Assembly: GCA_902525355.1 (NCBI GenBank)
Contig: CABZGO010000001.1
Coordinates: forward strand, 2,641-66,640
Direction of reading: 5' to 3'
DNA from: an uncultured Pelagibacteraceae bacterium
GTDB lineage: Bacteria; Pseudomonadota; Alphaproteobacteria; Pelagibacterales; Pelagibacteraceae
DNA: 64,000 bases
The position numbers and the translations under genes are program-made. The notes beneath the pieces are model-generated. The model saw nothing but the letters and a program-made list of their open reading frames with translations. It was not told the DNA's origin and ran no database searches. This document shows positions 58,422 to 64,000 of this stretch, piece after piece (the stretch's first letter is position 1; each line of letters begins with the position of its first letter).

Positions 58422-59354
58422 TTATTTAAAATCGTTAGCGTTTTCAGTTGTTACTAATTGTGTACCAGTATCAATATTAGGATCAATGCTTCCACCGTTA
58501 GCTAGCTCAAGAGCATATTTAACTCCATATGCACCCATGTTGTATGAGAACTGAGCTATTGTTGCAGTCATCTCCCCTTTTAGGATGCTTGTAGCAGCAT
58601 CTGGAGTAGCATCAAAACCAACAACGATTACATCATTCATATCAGCATCTTTTAGCGCTTGCATTGCACCTAATCCCATATTGTCATTAGAAGCAAAAAT
58701 TGCTTTGATGTTAGGATTTTTCAAAATGATTGACTCAGTAACTGATCTCCCTTTTGCAGTATCCCACTCGGCTGTTTGAGTAGCAACAAGGTTTAAACCG
58801 CAGTTTTTAAATCCTTTAATTGCACCATCTCTTCTTAGTAATGCGGTTGATTGAGACTCAATTCCAGTAAGAATTGCAACATCAGATCCTTTTGGTGTTT
58901 TGTCACAAATAAATTTTGCAGCTAATTCTGCACCGTTCATATTATTTGTCCCAATGAAAGTTACACCTTCATTGATTCCTTTTGTATCAACAAATACAAC
59001 TGGAACACCACTTTTAATCGCATCGTCTACAATTGGTGCAAAAGCGTTTGGATCTCCAGGTGCTAGCGCTAGTGCATCAACACCTTTTGCAAGTTGGTCC
59101 TCAACTTGGTTAATCTGAGCTTGTACATCACCTTCTTGTGGAGGAGCAATTAAAATTAATTTTACTCCTAATTTTTTTGCTTCTTCTTCAGCACCTTTTG
59201 TTACAGAAGCCCAGAATGGGTTTCCAGAACCAGGTCCTTTAATACTGAATAAGATTTTTTTACCATGACCGTCAGCGAAAGATACTGACCCCATGCTAAT
59301 CAATAAAAAAAATGCTGAAATAAAAACAACAATTTTTCTGTTTAGTTCTCTCAT
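58422..59354 (-). CDS. Monosaccharide ABC solute-binding protein (RbsB-like)
   Basis: Signal peptide ending SFA|DGH; NPFW, PVVFVD, AEWD, ASNDNMGLGA, VGFD. Confidence 0.88.
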   Translation of the reverse strand: MRELNRKIVVFISAFFLLISMGSVSFADGHGKKILFSIKGPGSGNPFWASVTKGAEEEAKKLGVKLILIAPPQEGDVQAQINQVEDQLAKGVDALALAPGDPNAFAPIVDDAIKSGVPVVFVDTKGINEGVTFIGTNNMNGAELAAKFICDKTPKGSDVAILTGIESQSTALLRRDGAIKGFKNCGLNLVATQTAEWDTAKGRSVTESIILKNPNIKAIFASNDNMGLGAMQALKDADMNDVIVVGFDATPDAATSILKGEMTATIAQFSYNMGAYGVKYALELANGGSIDPNIDTGTQLVTTENANDFK

Positions 59355-59384
59355 ATTTTACCCCTTTAATAATTATTAAAAATT

Positions 59385-59414
59385 AATTTAATAAAATTTT
59401 TAAAAAAAATTCAA
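59385..59414 (-). promoter_or_regulatory. Putative internal sigma70 promoter of the RbsB-like gene
   Basis: Minus strand TTGAAT-N18-TAAATT, same as the dctP promoter. Confidence 0.45.
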
Positions 59415-59444
59415 CTGTTTATAAAAGACAATCAAATATACAGT

Positions 59445-59460
59445 TACAACTATGAGGTGT
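59445..59460. promoter_or_regulatory. Operator-like site upstream of RbsB-like SBP
   Basis: tacaactatgaggtgt, 13/16 identical to the 38750 site. Confidence 0.45.
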
Positions 59461-59461
59461 G

Positions 59462-60475
59462 CTATTTTCTTGTACCAAGATCTCTTCTAAGAACGTCGAT
59501 ATATACAGCTAATACTATAATAGATCCTATTAGAACCTGTTGCCAAAATGAACTTACATCCATCAGATTAAGACCATTTCTTAAAATACCCATGATCATA
59601 ACGCCTGCAAATACTCCAAGTACCGTACCCCTTCCTCCAAAAAAGCTCGCTCCACCAATGATGCATGCTGCTATTGCATCTAACTCAGATTGTAATCCAG
59701 CATTAGGATACCCCGAGTCTGTTCGTCCAGCTAAAATAAGCGCTCCAATTCCAGATAAAAATCCACAGAGTGAGTAAACTATTACTAGAATTTTATTTAC
59801 GTTTATTCCGGAGGCTCTTGCAGCATTAGGGTTACCTCCAATTGCATATATCCATTTTCCAGTCCGTGTTTTATTCATAAATATCCAGAAAATTATGTAT
59901 ACAATTGCTATTAAGACTAAGCTCACTGGAAGGTATTGAGACTTTTCAAGGCCAAGCCAAGTTAAATCAATTCGTCCATGTCCAAGATATCTAACTTCGT
60001 CTGTAAAACCACTTATTGGCGTTCCACCTGAAATTAAATTCCCTGTGCCTCTAAAGATATACAATGTGCCTAAAGTCATTATGAAAGGATGAGGCATCCT
60101 CAGTAGGGTTATTCCTAATCCATTAAATAGACCACATAGAAATCCTGCTATCAAAGGCGTTATTACTACTATGTACCAAGGTGCCCCTGCTTTAGCAACT
60201 ATTGCAAGGATCATTAACGACAACATCATTATTGATCCAACCGATAGATCAATACCTGCTGTAACTATCACCATAAACACACCTAATGCTAACATCGATT
60301 GCCAGGAAATTTGCTTGAATACATTGGTAACATTTCTCCAGGATAAGAAAACATCTGGCTGAAGGAAGTGCATTACTACAATCATTATTACCAGTAGCAA
60401 TAATATTCCATACTTTTCAAGGTATGGCATTATTTTTAAATACAGTGAAATTTTTTCTTGATCTTTATTTTCCAT
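59462..60475 (-). CDS. Monosaccharide ABC permease (RbsC-like)
   Basis: GIDLSVGS, PFIMTLG, YAIGGNPNAARASGI, ELDAIAA..GG. Confidence 0.9.
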   Translation of the reverse strand: MENKDQEKISLYLKIMPYLEKYGILLLLVIMIVVMHFLQPDVFLSWRNVTNVFKQISWQSMLALGVFMVIVTAGIDLSVGSIMMLSLMILAIVAKAGAPWYIVVITPLIAGFLCGLFNGLGITLLRMPHPFIMTLGTLYIFRGTGNLISGGTPISGFTDEVRYLGHGRIDLTWLGLEKSQYLPVSLVLIAIVYIIFWIFMNKTRTGKWIYAIGGNPNAARASGINVNKILVIVYSLCGFLSGIGALILAGRTDSGYPNAGLQSELDAIAACIIGGASFFGGRGTVLGVFAGVMIMGILRNGLNLMDVSSFWQQVLIGSIIVLAVYIDVLRRDLGTRK

Positions 60476-60477
60476 AA

Positions 60478-61227
60478 TTATTTTTTACCCATAATCCATC
60501 CTATTACTTCATCTCTTGAAGTTTTAGATAATTCAGACTCTGCAAAATTTGTTCCTTGGAATAAGGCCATCACACGATCACACACGGCAAAAATATCATC
60601 CATCCTATGACTGATAACTATTACTCCAACACCTGTTTGTTTTAAACTATTTATGAGGTCTAGAACTTTACCAACTTCTTTAATTGCAAGTGCAGCAGTT
60701 GGTTCATCCATTATTACAACTTTAGCATTAAATGCAGTTGATCTTGCAATTGCAACTGCTTGCCTTTGACCACCTGAAAGTTCTTCTACTTTTTGATCAG
60801 CACTTTTAACGTTAATTTTTAATTTACCAAGATGAGCATCAGTAAGTTCTTTAATTTTTTTATAATCTAGAAATTTAAGTAGTCCAAGATTTTTAGTTGG
60901 TTCACGCCCTAAAAAAATATTTTCACCTATTGGAAGATTTCCAGCTAATGCCAAGTCTTGATAAACCATTTCTAGACCTAAATTTTGAGAGTCTTTTGGG
61001 CTTTCTAAAATCTTCTCTTTACCATCAAAGAATAATGAGCCTGCACTTGGTTTGTATAACCCTGATAAAACCTTCATTAAAGTTGATTTTCCAGCCCCAT
61101 TATCACCCACAACACCAAGACATTCTCCTGCATGTATCTTTAAATTGACATTCTCAAGAGCTGTTATGGTTCCAAAGTATTTTGTTACGCTTTTTGCTTC
61201 TAAAAGTAGTTGATTAATTGATGACAT
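60478..61227 (-). CDS. Monosaccharide ABC ATPase (single NBD)
   Basis: GDNGAGKST, VYQDLAL, LSGGQRQ, DEPTAAL; probable start MSSIN at 61227 (ORF open from 61263). Confidence 0.9.
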   Translation of the reverse strand: MSSINQLLLEAKSVTKYFGTITALENVNLKIHAGECLGVVGDNGAGKSTLMKVLSGLYKPSAGSLFFDGKEKILESPKDSQNLGLEMVYQDLALAGNLPIGENIFLGREPTKNLGLLKFLDYKKIKELTDAHLGKLKINVKSADQKVEELSGGQRQAVAIARSTAFNAKVVIMDEPTAALAIKEVGKVLDLINSLKQTGVGVIVISHRMDDIFAVCDRVMALFQGTNFAESELSKTSRDEVIGWIMGKK

Positions 61228-61249
61228 AAGTGAAGAAAATATAAAAAAA

Positions 61250-62302
61250 TCAGTTAATTGCAACAGGTTTTGAGGCTAACAGATTTACCGTTTTTCTTTG
61301 AGCCCTTTTACAGAATTTTGGAGGCATTTTTTTTAAAATTAAGTTCATATCTTTTAGGACAATTTCGCCCATATCAAAAAAAGCTTGTTCTAAAGCTCCA
61401 GCTCTATGAGCTGAAAACAGTACATTTTTAAGTTTTCTAATTGGATCATTTTTTTTTACCGGTTCTTCAGGAAATACATCAGTTGCAACATAGATATCCC
61501 CTTTTTTAATTCTTTTTTTAAGGTCCTCAAAATTAACTATTGCTGCTCTACTCATTAAAACAAAAACAGATTTAGACTTCATTTTATTAAATAATTTTTT
61601 GTTTATTAAATTTTTGTTTTTAGTTGTAATAGTTGCCAAAACATAAATAATGTCACAATCACTAAACATTTTATTTAAATTAATAGACTTAAAACCAGCT
61701 TTTTTAATTATTTTATTTGGGACCCAGGGGTCATAAACATTTATATTTTTTGTAAATGGTAGAAGCAATGGATAAAGTGCCTTTGCTAAATCTCCAAAAC
61801 CAAGTAAACCAATTTTTTTATTTGTCAAAAGGGAAGCATTCAAATTACTCTTTAAACCATATTTTTCTTTACCTTTTACAAAATCAAAATGAGCATTATG
61901 TATATTTCTTAATATAGACAAAGTCATACCTAAGGCTATTTCAGCAACTGGCTTTGAAAAAACAGGTGATGTAGCGATGACATCAATTTTTTTTTTAAAG
62001 CAATAATTATAGTCAATATTATCCATAAAATTACTTTCGACATTTATAATACATTTCAACTTAGAAGCTTTTGACAAAAGATTTTTATCCAGATCTGGCT
62101 GACCCATTATAAAAGTAGCTTTATGAATATTTTTTTCATAAAAATCTTTTTTATTTAACTTAGGAGCTGATATTATTTTATATTTTGATTTTAATTCCTT
62201 AAGTTTTTTTTTTGAAAAAATTAAATCTAATCTTCTTGGAAATGGATCGGAAATAACTATATGTTTCTTCACGGTCAATTTATTTAAGTAATTTCTTTGC
62301 AT
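61250..62302 (-). CDS. D-isomer-specific 2-hydroxyacid dehydrogenase family
   Basis: GLLGFGDLA, YDPW, SRAAIV, DVFPEEP, SAHRAG; true start may be GTG 62272. Confidence 0.8.
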   Translation of the reverse strand: MQRNYLNKLTVKKHIVISDPFPRRLDLIFSKKKLKELKSKYKIISAPKLNKKDFYEKNIHKATFIMGQPDLDKNLLSKASKLKCIINVESNFMDNIDYNYCFKKKIDVIATSPVFSKPVAEIALGMTLSILRNIHNAHFDFVKGKEKYGLKSNLNASLLTNKKIGLLGFGDLAKALYPLLLPFTKNINVYDPWVPNKIIKKAGFKSINLNKMFSDCDIIYVLATITTKNKNLINKKLFNKMKSKSVFVLMSRAAIVNFEDLKKRIKKGDIYVATDVFPEEPVKKNDPIRKLKNVLFSAHRAGALEQAFFDMGEIVLKDMNLILKKMPPKFCKRAQRKTVNLLASKPVAIN

Positions 62303-63437
62303 CTATTTCTAAAAACTTTTTTGGTTTTGCACAGTTAGTATTAATTGACACAGATGTTCCAGATTTAGCTGCTTTCATAATAGAAGTTATAATTTCTAAT
62401 ACATGTAAAGATATCTCACCATTACATAAATGTTTTCTTCTATTCTCAATTGAATATGCCATTTCAGATAATCCAGCTCCTCGATAGTTTGCATTAGTTG
62501 GTGTTTCATTTGCCCTAGAACTTTGCGTTCTTATATTAATACGCCCTAAAGGCATTTTTGTAGTCTTAAACTCTTTCCAATTTTCCCCTAATTTATTACA
62601 AGTTAATACTGATCCACCAAACATATTTGGATCTGGAACAATCATTGAGCCCTTTTCTCCATATAATTCAATGTGATTTCTTTGATGAGCTATTACATCA
62701 AATGATAATGTTAATCTTATAACAGAGTTATTTTTAAAAGTGATTGTAGATAAATAAGTAGTTGGACATTCTACCTTAAATTTTTTTCCTTTTTTTGGTC
62801 CTATTCCAATAGTCCTATATTTTTGACCTTGAATGATGGTACTAGTTACTTTTTTTGCAGGTCCTAACAGATTTACTAAAACAGTAATATAATATGGTCC
62901 CATATCAATAACAGGACCACCCTCATTTTTTGCAAACCAAGGTTCAGGGTTAGGATGATAAGATTCAATTCCAGGAAAAGCAAAAACTGCATTGCCTAAT
63001 TTTATTTTTCCAATTATGTTTTTTTCAACTAGTTCTTTTGATTTTTGAATTCCACCACCCAAAAATGTATCAGGAGCATTACCTAAATATAATTTTTTTT
63101 TTTTTGAAAATTTTATTAAATCTTTTCCATCTTTTAAATTTATTGCTAATGGCTTTTCAGAGTATACATGTTTTCCATTTGTTAAAGCTTTTTTAGATAT
63201 TGAATAATGTGCTTTTGGAATTGTAAGGTTTAGAATAATTTCAACCTCTTTATCTTTTAGTAGTTCATTTACAGTTAAAAATTTTATTCCATAGTTAAAT
63301 GCACAGCGTTTTGCAGCTTTCAAATTAATATCAGCGCATTTAATTATTTTAATATTATTAAAATATTTTTCAGCTCTAAAATATGTTTCTGCAATATGTC
63401 CACAACCTATTAAACCAATTTTAAAAACCTTATTCAT
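62280..63437 (-). CDS. Gfo/Idh/MocA oxidoreductase
   Basis: GLIGCGHIA, GKHVYSEKPL, APDTFLG, DMGPYY, PDPNMFGG. Confidence 0.88.
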   Translation of the reverse strand: MNKVFKIGLIGCGHIAETYFRAEKYFNNIKIIKCADINLKAAKRCAFNYGIKFLTVNELLKDKEVEIILNLTIPKAHYSISKKALTNGKHVYSEKPLAINLKDGKDLIKFSKKKKLYLGNAPDTFLGGGIQKSKELVEKNIIGKIKLGNAVFAFPGIESYHPNPEPWFAKNEGGPVIDMGPYYITVLVNLLGPAKKVTSTIIQGQKYRTIGIGPKKGKKFKVECPTTYLSTITFKNNSVIRLTLSFDVIAHQRNHIELYGEKGSMIVPDPNMFGGSVLTCNKLGENWKEFKTTKMPLGRINIRTQSSRANETPTNANYRGAGLSEMAYSIENRRKHLCNGEISLHVLEIITSIMKAAKSGTSVSINTNCAKPKKFLEIDAKKLLK

Positions 63438-63446
63438 AAAAAGTTT

Positions 63447-64000
63447 TTAAACACCTTGTCTCTGTTTTGATTTTCCTTCTTTGTGGAGTTTTAATGCTTC
63501 TTCATTTTCTTTTGATGTTGGTATTTCAAGCGTAGGACTTTCCCAATAAGCAGATCCCTCAAGCCATTCATAACTATGTGTTTTAATTGAAATGACATAA
63601 GTGATATCTGACTGCTTAGCTCTTTTAAATGCCTCTTCTAATTCTGAAATACTAGAAACATGTTCTGATTTTGCACCCATACTTGCAGCATGTTGAGCAA
63701 AATTAACTTCTTTTAAATTTTGAACATTTGATGAATTAAATAAACAGTTAAATTCTTTTCCACCTTTGAAAAGTTGAAGTCTGTTAATAACAGCATGCCC
63801 ACCATTATCACACACGATAATTATTAACTTGTTATTTGTTAATACTGAAGAATATATGTCAGAATTATTTAATAAATATGAACCATCTCCTACAAATGCA
63901 ATAACATCTTTATCTGGGTTTGCCATTTTAATTCCAAGAGCACCAGAAATTTCATAGCTCATGCAACTAAATCCCCACTCTGTCTCATGGGTATTTAACT
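63447..64000 (-). CDS. iolD: 3D-(3,5/4)-trihydroxycyclohexane-1,2-dione acylhydrolase IolD (ThDP enzyme), 5'-truncated by window edge
   Basis: Frame open to window end (..HETEWGFSCMSYE); ThDP motif GDGS..DNGG; INRLQ. Confidence 0.8.
   Translation of the reverse strand, partial: LNTHETEWGFSCMSYEISGALGIKMANPDKDVIAFVGDGSYLLNNSDIYSSVLTNNKLIIIVCDNGGHAVINRLQLFKGGKEFNCLFNSSNVQNLKEVNFAQHAASMGAKSEHVSSISELEEAFKRAKQSDITYVISIKTHSYEWLEGSAYWESPTLEIPTSKENEEALKLHKEGKSKQRQGV

Noticed and set aside
4877-61148. About 30 short ORFs in the track lying antisense or out of frame within real genes (e.g. 4877-5209, 20390-20794, 35420-35734, 53802-54173, 59457-59777)
   Set aside because: They are shadows of well-supported genes and show no family motifs.

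Overview
Very AT-rich, densely packed bacterial DNA with many 0-10 bp gaps or overlaps. Gene content and composition strongly suggest a streamlined marine alphaproteobacterium of the SAR11/Pelagibacterales type (inference; no rRNA here to confirm). I found no rRNA, tRNA, CRISPR, IS/integrase or transcription-factor gene. Layout: (1) 1-10 kb: partial MetE-like gene, a sugar ABC transporter lacking its ATPase, a degenerate HAD protein, pseudoazurin, an MFS transporter and a ProVWX-type ABC transporter. (2) 10-20 kb: a thiol/sulfur/metal region with Prx6, ETHE1-like persulfide dioxygenase, an unannotated 36-aa 12-Cys metallothionein-like ORF and cysE-cysK, followed by 11 co-oriented small genes, many methionine-rich (NTF2/SnoaL, cupin, dimeric alpha+beta barrels, cupredoxin, SMR). 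(3) 20-31 kb: Dpp-type ABC transporter, GATase, HisN-like, BBOX-like dioxygenase, ccdA and ppc. (4) 31-64 kb: a large sugar/sugar-acid catabolic island (non-phosphorylative oxidative enzymes; TRAP, glucose-type ABC, TTT and ribose-type ABC transporters; partial iolD). Main novel signals: four unrelated secreted proteins whose predicted mature N-terminus is Asp-Gly-His (an ATCUN Cu/Ni motif), the hidden metallothionein, the Met-rich small-protein array, a shared operator-like motif upstream of three solute-binding-protein genes, and a PdxA paralog with altered substrate residues. All calls come from reading motifs by eye; no database searches were run.
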